Notes: generated by a model not told the origin, from the letters alone. A stretch of DNA of 58,371 nucleotides from Elainellaceae cyanobacterium (GCA_051117555.1 JBNPEG010000066.1:1-58371), one strand, 5' to 3'. Positions 10,877-20,882 are shown, numbered from the stretch's first letter. Numbers and translations: made by a program.

Positions 10877-10932
10877 AGTCTATTCAAATATCCCGTCAGG
10901 GGAGGTGGATAGGCTGTTCAAATGACTTGTTC

Positions 10933-10983
10933 AATGGCTCAATTGAATAGCTCGATTGAATGGCTCGATTGAATGGCTCAATC
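10933..10983. repeat. 13-bp tandem repeat, about 4 units (AATGGCTCRATTG)
   Basis: Read directly between the convergent stops of the lyase gene and the 282-aa ORF. Confidence 0.85.
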
Positions 10984-11830
10984 AGGATGAAAACGTGCGG
11001 TTGCGCCATCGGTTTAGACGAGCTTCACCAATCGTCGAGAGCCGTCGAGTTTCTTTCACATCGTGCTCCAGACCTGCGATTATTTCGTTTTGCCAAATCA
11101 GGCGATCCTGTAGATTCAGCGGTTGCTCCCGATCAGATGCCAAATCAGGGCGAGTGTGATGAGATTGATTCGCCTGATTGGAGAGGGTGAACGACGAGGC
11201 AGCGGATGCCTGTCCCCGCTTCAGCCAAGCTTCACCAATCGTAGCGGTTGGTCGTAGTTCCTTGAGCTGTTGCCTGAGAGAGTTAATCCGTGCTTCTTGC
11301 TCATTGCATCGTCGCAGTAATTCTGAGGGTGCTCCTGCTGAAATGTCTTCTTGAACAGCGCCCAGTCTAGCACCTACAAAGACGCCGTTAGAGAGTTTAT
11401 TAGCGGGCTCGTCAGCATCGGGGTCAGAGCGTTTCTGCCCATCATCGAGATGCGCGGATTGTTGAACAGATGATTGAGGGGGCTGCGCCGATTGGGTTGG
11501 TTCTGCTGCTTGCAAACCTAGGGATTCTTTTTGAGGTCTTGAGATCTGAGCCTCTCCAGTGGAGTGATCAGCCTGACTATTGCGATTGGCGTCACCTTGG
11601 CTGCGTTCGGAGGAGTGTGCATCGGAGAGAAGAGATTCCCCGCGCTCTGGTTTATCGTGCTCTGATATCCTCTGTTGGGTTGTGTCTGGCAAGAGCCGAT
11701 TCGAATGCATGGAGCGATCGCCCTCTCGATGAAGGCCCAAGACTCGATTCAACCATTTCCAAACAGTTTGTAACACGCTTTCCCCATTCACCATGGAGTT
11801 GCTGCATGATGAGTTTGGAACAACTCTCAT
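10982..11830 (-). CDS. Hypothetical protein with a disordered middle and duplicated coiled-coil/TIGEA motif
   Basis: 282-aa ORF filling the gap between the lyase gene and cpcG. The start codon is uncertain. Confidence 0.6.
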   Translation of the reverse strand: MRVVPNSSCSNSMVNGESVLQTVWKWLNRVLGLHREGDRSMHSNRLLPDTTQQRISEHDKPERGESLLSDAHSSERSQGDANRNSQADHSTGEAQISRPQKESLGLQAAEPTQSAQPPQSSVQQSAHLDDGQKRSDPDADEPANKLSNGVFVGARLGAVQEDISAGAPSELLRRCNEQEARINSLRQQLKELRPTATIGEAWLKRGQASAASSFTLSNQANQSHHTRPDLASDREQPLNLQDRLIWQNEIIAGLEHDVKETRRLSTIGEARLNRWRNRTFSS

Positions 11831-11894
11831 ACGTTTCTCATACGTTCCAGACTATCTCGTTTCCCATCAAGAACTTAGACAAATGAAAAGCAAT

Positions 11895-11987
11895 GTTAAG
11901 CTCTGTAAGAATTTATAAGATTTAGAGAGCTTACCCCCCCCACCTCCCCTATTATTGTGGTTAAACTTCGTAAGATTTCGTAAAACT
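11895..11987 (+). promoter_or_regulatory. Two triplets of ~10-bp-phased GT(T)AA(G/A) direct repeats upstream of cpcG
   Basis: GTTAAGCTCT-GTAAGAATTT-ATAAGA (11895-11920) and GTTAAACTTC-GTAAGATTTC-GTAAAAC (11960-11986). They resemble OmpR-type (RpaB/HLR1) sites. Confidence 0.45.
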
Positions 11988-12002
11988 ATCGGAGGTTCTG
12001 AA

Positions 12003-12767
12003 GTGACCCTTCCTTTGCTAGATTACTCTCCCAAAAGCCAAAATCAGAGGGTTGAGGGATACGTGGTACCGGGCGAAGAGCAGCCCATGATGTACCGGAC
12101 TGAGGACTTGATTTCATCAACAGGCATGGATGAACTCATTGAGGCGGCTTATCGCCAGATGTTCTTTCATGCCTTCAAATGGGACCGTGAACCCTTTCTA
12201 GAGTCCCAGTTGCGTAATGGTCAAATCACAGTGCGCGATTTTATTCGCGGACTGATGTTGTCTAAAACGTTTAGGAACAGCTTCTACGAGAAAAATAGTA
12301 ATTATCGGTTTGTCGAGCAATGCATCCAGCGTGTGCTCGGACGTGACGTATACAATGAGCGGGAAAAAATCGCCTGGTCGATTGTTGTGGCAACGAAAGG
12401 CATTCAAGGATTTGCTGATGAACTTCTCAACAGCGAAGAATATTTGAACGCCTTTGGCTATGACACTGTTCCGTATCAGCGTCGCCGCGTCTTGCCAGGT
12501 CGACCCCAGGGTGAAATGCCCTTCAATTTGAAGTCGCCTCGTTACGACGAATACTATCGCGGCATTTTGGGCTTCCCACAAGTCGTTTGGCAAAACGAAA
12601 TTCGCCGCTTTGTTCCTCAAGAGAAGCAACCCAAAGCGGGCAGTCCATCCAATTTCTTGGATATGGCTCGCAGCATTGGCAATAAAGGTAACCAAGCTGC
12701 TCGTGTCTCGGCATCCAATATCAACTATCAAGTCAAAGTGCCTTATCGTAAGGTATCTGCTAACTAA
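12003..12767 (+). CDS. cpcG: Phycobilisome rod-core linker CpcG
   Basis: [37 protein letters not shown]; hydrophilic C-terminus, so not CpcL. GGAGG RBS precedes GTG 12003. Confidence 0.93.
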   Translation: MTLPLLDYSPKSQNQRVEGYVVPGEEQPMMYRTEDLISSTGMDELIEAAYRQMFFHAFKWDREPFLESQLRNGQITVRDFIRGLMLSKTFRNSFYEKNSNYRFVEQCIQRVLGRDVYNEREKIAWSIVVATKGIQGFADELLNSEEYLNAFGYDTVPYQRRRVLPGRPQGEMPFNLKSPRYDEYYRGILGFPQVVWQNEIRRFVPQEKQPKAGSPSNFLDMARSIGNKGNQAARVSASNINYQVKVPYRKVSAN

Positions 12768-12954
12768 GGTTGATAAATCGGGTTCTGTCTGATTGAGTTT
12801 CTCCGCTAACAGCAGGGAGCCGCAGGTTTGCAAGATTGCATCGACTTGGAATCGAAATTCTTAGATTCTAGGTGATGTGGTTTTGCGAGGTAGCGGCTCC
12901 CTTTGTTATGCGCTTTAGTGCGTATCCAAAATTATCCTTAACTTCAGTAGTGCC

Positions 12955-14409
12955 TTATACCTCTTGTGGATTTTGCATCATCAACAGCGGAATGATCAGC
13001 ATAATGGGCATCGCTGCACAAACATAGAGCCCAATTCGATAGGTTCCGAAATAGTCTTTGAATATTGCAAGCAGAGACGGCCCAAGTGCGCTGGCAATGA
13101 CCATGCTCATCATTTGGATTCCTGAAATGGCTCCCAAGTGCGATCGCCCGAAATATCGAGGTAAGGCAACTGCGCTCAATGTCCCAAAGCATCCTCCACT
13201 CACCCCTAACCCCACTACTGCTAAGCCTCGAAACCAAATGTCACCAAGATTGACAGCGCAGGCAATGCCAGTTGCCTCAAATAGCATCATGCCGATAAAT
13301 AAAACTTTCAGGTGGGTTCGATCAGACGCAATGCCGATGAGATAGCCCGTCAATGTTGAGAAGATTGCAATCGGCAAGAAAATGGCAACGGTCTGAGTGC
13401 GGGATAACCCTGTCGCAGTGCCAATATCTACAATATGAAAGGTGATGCCGGTTACTGTAAGGGCTTGTGTCGATAAGGCGAGTGTGACTGCCCAGAATGC
13501 TAGTGTGCGGAGCGCTTCACTACGGGTAAAATCGCGTGGGGTTGAATATCGCCGGAGTGGTGAATTCCTACGATTTGCATCGTCATGTTCTGATTTTGAT
13601 GACGGGCGTGATGACGGAACGGCTTCTGCATTCTCCTGATTTTGGGTGTTGCGTATGAGTCCATCCATTTGTAAACCGCACACCTCAGGATTATCTCGGT
13701 AAAAGAGCCAGGCGATCGCCCCCATCCCAACTCCAACCAAGGCAGCCAAGAAAAACCAAGCATTTCGCCATCCAAAGCCGTCAATCAACATGCTAAGCAA
13801 GAGTGGCGCACAGGCAAATCCGAACGAGACAAAGATGCCCGATACACCTGACACAAATCCTCGGCGTTGATCAAACCATTTTCCTAGCGTGGTTCGACTC
13901 ACCATGGTGAGCATCCCTTGACCGCTGAAGCGGAGGCTAGTAAAGCCAGTGATTAATAAAATTAGGGCAATTACCGAGCCCGACTCTAGTGAAAGCAACT
14001 GGGTGAGAGCAACCGTTAGGCGATCGCCCAGACTCAAATAGCACAGCGTCGCCGCTAACCACAGAGACGAAATAAAGGCGATCGCTCGTGCTCCCCAGCG
14101 ATCGAGCAGTCGTCCGCCCAGCGGCAACAGTAAACCACTGCTCAACGTTCCGATCAGATAGGCGTTACTCAGTTGAAGACGAGACAATCCGGTGGCTTGA
14201 ATCAGGGGATCGGTAAATACGCTGACCCCCACCGTCTGACCCGGAATGCTCATGATAATTCCGATGGTGCATACGATTAGGATGATCCAGCCATAAAAAA
14301 ACGAAAATTGCGATGGACGGAGCGGATAATCAGGCTGAATAATGCGCTGGAAATGGGGATGAGAGGTCAGGGCGATCGCGTGTTTGGCAATCTGGGAACG
14401 AAAGTTCAT
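12955..14409 (-). CDS. MFS transporter
   Basis: FFYGWII; GRLLDRWGAR MFS motif A; about 12 hydrophobic segments. Confidence 0.9.
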   Translation of the reverse strand: MNFRSQIAKHAIALTSHPHFQRIIQPDYPLRPSQFSFFYGWIILIVCTIGIIMSIPGQTVGVSVFTDPLIQATGLSRLQLSNAYLIGTLSSGLLLPLGGRLLDRWGARAIAFISSLWLAATLCYLSLGDRLTVALTQLLSLESGSVIALILLITGFTSLRFSGQGMLTMVSRTTLGKWFDQRRGFVSGVSGIFVSFGFACAPLLLSMLIDGFGWRNAWFFLAALVGVGMGAIAWLFYRDNPEVCGLQMDGLIRNTQNQENAEAVPSSRPSSKSEHDDANRRNSPLRRYSTPRDFTRSEALRTLAFWAVTLALSTQALTVTGITFHIVDIGTATGLSRTQTVAIFLPIAIFSTLTGYLIGIASDRTHLKVLFIGMMLFEATGIACAVNLGDIWFRGLAVVGLGVSGGCFGTLSAVALPRYFGRSHLGAISGIQMMSMVIASALGPSLLAIFKDYFGTYRIGLYVCAAMPIMLIIPLLMMQNPQEV

Positions 14410-14555
14410 TCAATCAGGCTCGATGATACGACAGTAGTCAGCCTATACCCAGTCCATCCGGGAGTCTGGAGCTTTTTCCCAGAGAGAACTCCAGTGTTGG
14501 ACATAGATGAGGTTCAAATACACTAGCTTAGACAATGGATCTCGCATCTGACTAA

Positions 14556-14644
14556 TATAGCCGTACGCTCTCGCGTTAGGACGTTGAACGTGTGGTGAGC
14601 CGCGCCGAGGGCTCACCACACAAACCTAAGCCCGTAGGGCAATA
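14556..14644 (+). mobile_element. MITE-like hairpin element, family A, copy 1
   Basis: TATAGCCGTACGCTCTCGCGTTAGG...CCTAAGCCCGTAGGGCAATA; arms nearly identical to three other copies in the window. Confidence 0.8.
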
Positions 14645-14740
14645 CAATCGCGAGAATCGTGGGGGTTTACGGTCACATCAAAAACTGATTGAGCTGATGT
14701 GCGACAATCATGCCGCAATTCAAATCGGTGAACCCTGGAC

Positions 14741-15115
14741 ATGGAATGGATTGAACTACTCAAAACATCGCTAGTCTCAATGGTGGAATTGCTCAGATTT
14801 GTGCTAGAAGCAATTTCTGCGATTTGCATATTTTTGGGGCTGGTGGCTGTGATTCGATTAGGAATTGCTCATCCCCATCAGTTTCGCTCGTTTCAGTTCT
14901 TAAATTTACGCCTGCGGCTGGGATCGTGGTGGGCTCTAGCCCTTGAGTTCCAATTGGGAGCCGACATTCTCTCAACAACGATTGCTCCATCATTTGCTGA
15001 GCTAGGAAAGCTAGGGGCGATCGCGCTTATTCGTACCTTTTTAAACTTTTTTTTGAACAAAGAGCTTGAAGATGAAGCCAACCGCTTGACCAAAAACCGA
15101 CCATCTCAGTCATAA
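14741..15115 (+). CDS. DUF1622 family membrane protein
   Basis: LALEFQLGADILSTTIAPS...LGAIALIRTFLNFFL. Confidence 0.85.
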   Translation: MEWIELLKTSLVSMVELLRFVLEAISAICIFLGLVAVIRLGIAHPHQFRSFQFLNLRLRLGSWWALALEFQLGADILSTTIAPSFAELGKLGAIALIRTFLNFFLNKELEDEANRLTKNRPSQS

Positions 15116-15130
15116 CGATGTCTATCTTCG

Positions 15131-15236
15131 TCATACCGATTTTGGATTTTGGATTTTTGATTTTGGATAGATGAGAACAAGCCCTGATGGGTTCCATCCT
15201 GTTTATCTGTAGCCTGTATTTGAGGAACTGGGATTA
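15131..15236. repeat. (GATTTTG)4 heptamer repeat within a possible degenerate MITE-like element
   Basis: GATTTTG x4 at 15138-15165. The ends TCATACCGATT and AACTGGGATTA are only weakly complementary. Confidence 0.55.
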
Positions 15237-15246
15237 GCCCCTATTC

Positions 15247-15849
15247 CTATAAATCCAGCAGTCCATCGGGTGGAAGAACTTCAATTCGCTGTCGTTGAAG
15301 ATCGACAACCGGGACGATTGCCACAACAAATGGAATCAAGACGCGTCGCTGAGAGTCAGCGATGTCTGAGATCAGTTCGACTTCGAGCAAATCATTGCCC
15401 GCAAGCATCACATCGACTACGGTGCCAATCAATGCTTGCGTCGATTGATGAAACACTGATAAGCCAATCAAATCGGCAACGTGAAATTCATCCTCCTCCA
15501 GTTCAGGGCGATCGCTCACCGGCACAAACAATCGCGCATTGCGTATTGAATCGGCTTGATCGCGATCGCCGATCTCCGCAAATGTCACCACATACAGTCC
15601 TTTTCCGGCCAAAACTCGCCCCGATTGCAGCTCAACCTTTTGAAGCTCATGAGTGCCCGGCACCAGCATCCATCGATCCCCCGGTTCAAGAAATCGTTCT
15701 GGAAAGTCGGAATTGGGATAAACCCGAAGCTCCCCTTTTAATCCTTGCGGTGCGACGATTTTGCCAATTTCAAGCCATTCCTGCAAGTCGGGCGGCGAAG
15801 GCGTTGGTGCGTTGGGCGGAGTAGTTCTCTGACGAGAGGGATGGTTCAT
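15247..15849 (-). CDS. rimM: Ribosome maturation factor RimM
   Basis: [41 protein letters not shown]. Confidence 0.95.
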   Translation of the reverse strand: MNHPSRQRTTPPNAPTPSPPDLQEWLEIGKIVAPQGLKGELRVYPNSDFPERFLEPGDRWMLVPGTHELQKVELQSGRVLAGKGLYVVTFAEIGDRDQADSIRNARLFVPVSDRPELEEDEFHVADLIGLSVFHQSTQALIGTVVDVMLAGNDLLEVELISDIADSQRRVLIPFVVAIVPVVDLQRQRIEVLPPDGLLDL

Positions 15850-16269
15850 GACGGTCGTAAGTCGCGTACGGGTTGATATCTAATGCCTATTGTAAAAAGT
15901 CTCAAGCAGTTCTTCCTTCTTGTGTTGTTAGGTTTGACGGTTGATAGACCCCTTCGACAACGGTAGCTAATTGCCGCATGATTGCCCGCACGCCGCTGAG
16001 ATGAGACGTGCGATCGCCAAACTGAGTCAGGGCAATAGTCATGGGAGTTACGACAATCCTTTACTGATGCAACAGTATGCATCTCTGACAAAAACTTACA
16101 TTGCAAAACTGTAAAGAGTGTAAAGAATACGACGTATCCTCTATTACTCCTGTCAATGTAGTGATTGGAATTTATTTGCTAGATTTTGAACTGAATGGGG
16201 GCATACCAAAATCTGGCGAGATCTTAACAGAACAAAAGCAATTAGAAGAATTAAGAGTATCAGTCACAT

Positions 16270-18483
16270 ATGATTCACACTCAACGGATGAATCCTGCTG
16301 TCAGTTTAGGTGAGCGGTTACCGCTTCCCCTAAAGCGTTTAGCCGACTTAGCCTACAACTACTGGTGGAGTTGGACCACTGAAAAAGTCTCCTTGTTTCG
16401 CAACATTGATCCCGAGATGTGGGATCGATGCGGGCATAACCCCGTAGCCTTTTTAGAGACAGTTTCAGACAGCCGTCTCACCCAGATGTTAGAAGACCCA
16501 TCCTATCTGAGTCGGCTCAATGATTTAGTTTCCCGTTTCGATGCTTACCTGTCAGAAACCAATACTTGGGCGAATCGGGTGTCTCCTCAAATCTCCCGTG
16601 AGCACCCAGTTGCGTATTTCTGCGCCGAATTCGGTATCCATGAATCCTTGCCAATCTATTCGGGTGGACTCGGCATTTTAGCCGGAGATCACCTCAAATC
16701 TGCCTCAGATTTGGGAGTGCCAATGGTGGGTGTTGGGCTGTTGTACCGTCAAGGTTATTTCCGCCAGCGGCTGAGCCGCCATGGGTGGCAAGAAGACTAT
16801 TATGTCGATAATCCGTTTGAGAAGATGCCCCTCGAACTGATGCGGTCTGACCAGGGTGAACCCATTACGGTCGAGCTAGAAATTCGGAATCGACTGGTGA
16901 AGGCTCAGATCTGGAAGGCTCGAGTGGGTCGGGTTAATTTGTTTTTGCTCGATACTGATCGCGACGATAATGATCCCATCGACCGATGGCTCACCGGTCA
17001 TCTCTATGGAGGGAATCGAGAAACCCGCATCGCTCAAGAATTTCTCCTAGGAATCGGTGGCGTGCAAGCGTTGCAGAAATTGGGGATCGAGCCATCGGTT
17101 TATCACCTAAATGAAGGACACGCTGCGTTTTGCCTGCTGGAGTTGGCTCGCCTCGAAATTCAACGCACCGGCAAGTCATTCTATGATGTGGAGTCATCGG
17201 TGCGCGATCGCTCCATTTTTACCACGCATACCCCCGTACCAGCCGGACATGACGTGTTTTCGCCTGACATGATGGACTCCTTCTTTGCCCATTATTGGCC
17301 GCAATTAGGGCTTTCTCGCGGGCAGTTCCTGGCGTTGGGTGCCCGGCGGCTAGGCGATCCGTGGGAGCCATTCGGAATGACTGTGCTAGCACTCCGACTC
17401 ACGCGAGCTGCCAATGGCGTCAGCAAACTGCACGGGCAAGTATCCCGTAAGATGTGGCAAATTCTTTATCCAGAGCGTTCTGAAGACGACGTACCCGTCG
17501 GGCACATCACTAACGGAGTGCATTCACGTACCTGGACGGCTCCTCTCATGAGCGATCTCTATACCCAATATCTGGGACAAGACTGGTCAAACCATATGGT
17601 TGACGCCCAAATGTGGTCTAAGGTTGACGAGATTCCTGACCAAGAGCTTTGGAGTCGCCATCAAATCCTGAAAGAGCGTCTAGTGTCTTATATGCGTTTG
17701 CGCGTTCGTCGATCTCGCCAGGTCCGAGGCGAATCGATGGAAAATATCGAAGCAGCCGATCGATTGCTTGATCCCAATGTGCTCACCCTGGGCTTTGCCC
17801 GTCGATTTAGTGCCTATAAGCGGGGCGCATTGATTATGAGAGATCCAGAGCGAGCCATTCGCATCTTTGGCAATCCCGATCGCCCGGTTCAAATCATCTT
17901 TTCGGGTAAAGCGCATCCGGCTGATGAGGAAGGCAAGCGCATCATTCAGCGATTGATGGAGTGGTGCCAACATCCTGCAATTTGCGATCGCATCGCGTTT
18001 GTCGAAGATTACGACATTTATACGGCACAAAAGCTGGTACAGGGTGTTGATATTTGGCTCAATAATCCTCGTCGTCCCCTAGAGGCATCAGGCACAAGCG
18101 GGCAAAAAGTCTGCCTGAACGGAGGGATCAATTTCAGCGTCTTGGATGGCTGGTGGTGCGAAGGCTACCAAACTGATGCGAATGGTAAGGGACTTAACGG
18201 TTGGGCGATTGGCGAAGATGCTCACACAAGTAACCAAGCGCTCCAAGATCAGATTGATTCTGAATCCATGTATCGCTTGCTCGAAGAAGAAATTGTGCCC
18301 CTCTACTACGACCAAAATGAGCAGGGCATTTCTCCGCGTTGGCTTCAGATGATGAAAGCCTCAATCCGCACCAATTCTCAGCTCTTCAACACTGATCGCA
18401 TGATTGCAGAGTATGTGACCACGATGTACGCCCCCGGAACACCTGCGGATCTTGAACCCATCCTAGCAAGCACCGCCCCTTAG
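16270..18483 (+). CDS. glgP: Alpha-glucan (glycogen) phosphorylase
   Basis: YSGGLGILAGDHLKSASDL; HLNEGH; GFARRF; PLP-lysine motif EASGTSGQK. Start could be 16288. Confidence 0.95.
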   Translation: MIHTQRMNPAVSLGERLPLPLKRLADLAYNYWWSWTTEKVSLFRNIDPEMWDRCGHNPVAFLETVSDSRLTQMLEDPSYLSRLNDLVSRFDAYLSETNTWANRVSPQISREHPVAYFCAEFGIHESLPIYSGGLGILAGDHLKSASDLGVPMVGVGLLYRQGYFRQRLSRHGWQEDYYVDNPFEKMPLELMRSDQGEPITVELEIRNRLVKAQIWKARVGRVNLFLLDTDRDDNDPIDRWLTGHLYGGNRETRIAQEFLLGIGGVQALQKLGIEPSVYHLNEGHAAFCLLELARLEIQRTGKSFYDVESSVRDRSIFTTHTPVPAGHDVFSPDMMDSFFAHYWPQLGLSRGQFLALGARRLGDPWEPFGMTVLALRLTRAANGVSKLHGQVSRKMWQILYPERSEDDVPVGHITNGVHSRTWTAPLMSDLYTQYLGQDWSNHMVDAQMWSKVDEIPDQELWSRHQILKERLVSYMRLRVRRSRQVRGESMENIEAADRLLDPNVLTLGFARRFSAYKRGALIMRDPERAIRIFGNPDRPVQIIFSGKAHPADEEGKRIIQRLMEWCQHPAICDRIAFVEDYDIYTAQKLVQGVDIWLNNPRRPLEASGTSGQKVCLNGGINFSVLDGWWCEGYQTDANGKGLNGWAIGEDAHTSNQALQDQIDSESMYRLLEEEIVPLYYDQNEQGISPRWLQMMKASIRTNSQLFNTDRMIAEYVTTMYAPGTPADLEPILASTAP

Positions 18484-18510
18484 TCCATTTATATAGTGTA
18501 AATTCTCAAG

Positions 18511-18544
18511 AAAGCAGGCTCCCCCCTTGGGATTGCCTGCTTTT
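18511..18544 (+). terminator. Rho-independent terminator after glgP
   Basis: AAAGCAGGC...GCCTGCTTTT. Confidence 0.8.
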
Positions 18545-18635
18545 ATTATTGCTGTAATCACGTTTCCCTAACTCTCATTCAGTAGCGTCTAGCAACTCTA
18601 AGATAAGCTGAGAAAGACGAGCCCATCCTCCCGGT

Positions 18636-19055
18636 ATGTTACGACGACTTTCTAAAACATTGGTTTGGGTTGCCATTTTGGCTGTATTCCTGATCGGATT
18701 TAGAGTCAATGGGCAGCATACCGCTAGGGCTCAAGACACAGGACTGTCATTCCGTATTTCTCGCCTAGAATCTGAGAATACTCGCCTCCGCTCTAGAATT
18801 AATCAGCTTGAAACGCAAGTCAGCCGCATTAGCCGTTCGTCAGGGGTGACGGTGCCGGATCCGGTGTCCCCGCCTGCAACGGGTCTTGATGATCCGGCGA
18901 TCGCCTCTGCCCCTATGTTCGATCGCCTTGCCACCTTGGTTATCGAAACTCGACAAGACGTATTTGCCCTACAAGATCGCCTCGCAGACTTAGAACAGCA
19001 GCTATCGTCTCAGTTCAACCTAGATCTTGAGAGGAGAGGAGACGAGTCAGAATGA
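18636..19055 (+). CDS. Hypothetical exported coiled-coil protein
   Basis: Signal peptide; RISRLESEN; MFDRLATLVIE; ATGA overlap with the next gene. Confidence 0.75.
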   Translation: MLRRLSKTLVWVAILAVFLIGFRVNGQHTARAQDTGLSFRISRLESENTRLRSRINQLETQVSRISRSSGVTVPDPVSPPATGLDDPAIASAPMFDRLATLVIETRQDVFALQDRLADLEQQLSSQFNLDLERRGDESE

Positions 19056-19894
19056 CAATATGGCAAGTTGATTTTTATCATCGTCCGCTGCGAGATTCTT
19101 CGGGCAAACCCGTCTGGGAGTTAGTCGTATGCAGCCTTGACCAAAATTTTAAGACTCATGCTTTTTGTGCCCAATCAGATGCCAACTCTGATTGGCTTGC
19201 CGAACAGTTTAAGGCGATCGCCACGGCAACGCATCACCTCCCTGATCAAATACAGGTATTTCGTCCGCAATCAGTCGGACTGGTTGAAGCGGCCTGTCAA
19301 CGTTTAGGCATTACCCTCGTCCCGACTCGCAAGACCCCAGAGCTCAAAGACTATCTCAAAGAGCGTTCTAATCAGTATCAGCAACTCGACTATTACACCC
19401 GCGAGCCTTATGATCCGGTTCATCTAGAACAGCTCCCTCCGACCCCGATTCCTGAGAATTTGTGGGGCGAGACATGGCAATTTGCGGCGATCGCGGCTGC
19501 CGATCTCAACCCGTTTTTTCACGACCTCCCCATTCCTATTCGTGATATTCCCGACGGGTTGCGTCCGATCGATCTCAAGCTGCCTTCTACCGTTCCGGTT
19601 CCTGGAGTGGTCATTACGGCAGGTCGACAATCTATGCGGCTTGCCCGCTGGATAGACGATACTCGTCCTGTCGCTCTAAATTATATTCCGGGTGATCCCA
19701 ATGGCCTAATTCTCGAATCAGGCTTGGTAGAACGCTGGATTTTAGTTACATTCAATGATCCCGATGTTCAACAAGCCGCTCAAGTATTCCAGAGTCGCCT
19801 TCAGCAAACGGACGGGCTTCATTTCCTACTTATTCAACCCGACGCGTCCGGAATCACCTATAGCGGATTTTGGTTGCTGAAATCAGCCGTATAA
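19052..19894 (+). CDS. Tab2/Atab2 family RNA-binding protein (DUF1092)
   Basis: IWQVDFYHRPL..WEL; GLILESGLVERW; GLHFLLIQPD..GFWLL. Confidence 0.88.
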   Translation: MTIWQVDFYHRPLRDSSGKPVWELVVCSLDQNFKTHAFCAQSDANSDWLAEQFKAIATATHHLPDQIQVFRPQSVGLVEAACQRLGITLVPTRKTPELKDYLKERSNQYQQLDYYTREPYDPVHLEQLPPTPIPENLWGETWQFAAIAAADLNPFFHDLPIPIRDIPDGLRPIDLKLPSTVPVPGVVITAGRQSMRLARWIDDTRPVALNYIPGDPNGLILESGLVERWILVTFNDPDVQQAAQVFQSRLQQTDGLHFLLIQPDASGITYSGFWLLKSAV

Positions 19895-19910
19895 CGCTAT
19901 TCACATCGGG

Positions 19911-19946
19911 TTTCCTGTCAAATTTCCTGTCAAATTTCCTGTCAAA
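19911..19946. repeat. Perfect 12-bp tandem repeat x3 (TTTCCTGTCAAA)
   Basis: Read directly, just after the Tab2 stop codon. Confidence 0.95.
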
Positions 19947-20037
19947 TTTTAAACCCAGCTATTTGTAGACTTAACCTTGTCCATTTAAACTCTCAATATC
20001 GTTTGGCACCGTTTGGCAGAAATAAGAACCATTCGAG

Positions 20038-20080
20038 AGTGCGGGCAAGATGCCCGCGACGTGGGCGTTTCGCTCACACT
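20038..20080. repeat. REP-like inverted doublet (REPIN-like)
   Basis: AGTGCGGGCAAGATGCCCGC followed by the inverted degenerate copy GTGGGCGTTTCGCTCACACT. A related doublet lies at 30330-30392. Confidence 0.6.
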
Positions 20081-20387
20081 ATGGTTATGAAACTTCCGCT
20101 GTCTTGCACGAGTGTCTCTGAATGTAGGCATTGCTGCTATATAGTTTTTTCATAAAGTTTTACAGTGAATTAGACGTTAGCCATGACAGGGCTTCGTAGA
20201 TCGCTTGGTAGATCAAGGGCTACCCCAGAAAATGTCTACCCCACGAAAGGGTTGGTTTTTTCTTTACGTGGCCCAAAAAGAGAGCCACGTATCGACGTAG
20301 ATATGCCTGGCGATACTGCTGTTGGTTCTCTGGCTTAATGCCAGTGTGGTTGTTTGTCCATTTTGGGTAAAGAGGAGTTTATTTGTT

Positions 20388-20738
20388 ATGCCAATTATCG
20401 ATATTATTGCGACTTGGATTGCAGCAACAATCAGCCTCATTATTGTGTCCAAGCTTCCCCTTGGGGTTGAAATTGACAGCTTAGGTAAGGCGGCAATTTC
20501 TGGCGCTGTGTTTGGCGTTCTCAACGTTATCGGTCAGCAACTCGTTCCTGGTATTCCTATTACCTTGGGGCTAATCTGGTTTGTGATTAATGTAATTATC
20601 TTCGGCTTGGCTGCAAAGCTTGTCGTCGGGTTTCGGTTAAAGTGGGGAATTTGGAGTGCAATCCTCGGGGCAATTTTTATGGCAATCGTGTTGAGTATTG
20701 TCAGCGCCATCATTGGAGCACTAACGGGCGCGGGTTAG
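20388..20738 (+). CDS. 4-TMS membrane protein, YvlD / 'phage holin superfamily IV' family
   Basis: LPLGVEIDS..KA..SG.VFG.LN; LVVGFRL.WGIWSA. GAGGAG RBS precedes ATG 20388. Confidence 0.8.
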   Translation: MPIIDIIATWIAATISLIIVSKLPLGVEIDSLGKAAISGAVFGVLNVIGQQLVPGIPITLGLIWFVINVIIFGLAAKLVVGFRLKWGIWSAILGAIFMAIVLSIVSAIIGALTGAG

Positions 20739-20852
20739 CCCTCAGCCGATTCTCAAGTTGTCAGAAAACGCTTGTAGACGCGTTATCAAGGATGGCAAGT
20801 TTGTCCGCTGAATCGATCTCTAGATCAGAGTGCAATCCAATTCAGCGGACGC

Positions 20853-20882
20853 TTGCAATTCGTCATGGTTTAAGTCTATTAT
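20853..20882 (+). promoter_or_regulatory. Putative sigma70-type promoter of rpmI-rplT
   Basis: TTGCAA-N18-TATTAT, ending 27 nt before the rpmI ATG. Confidence 0.45.

Noticed and set aside
20388..20738. 'Holin' as evidence of a prophage
   Set aside because: YvlD-type 4-TMS proteins are ordinary chromosomal genes, and no integrase, capsid or lysin genes are nearby.
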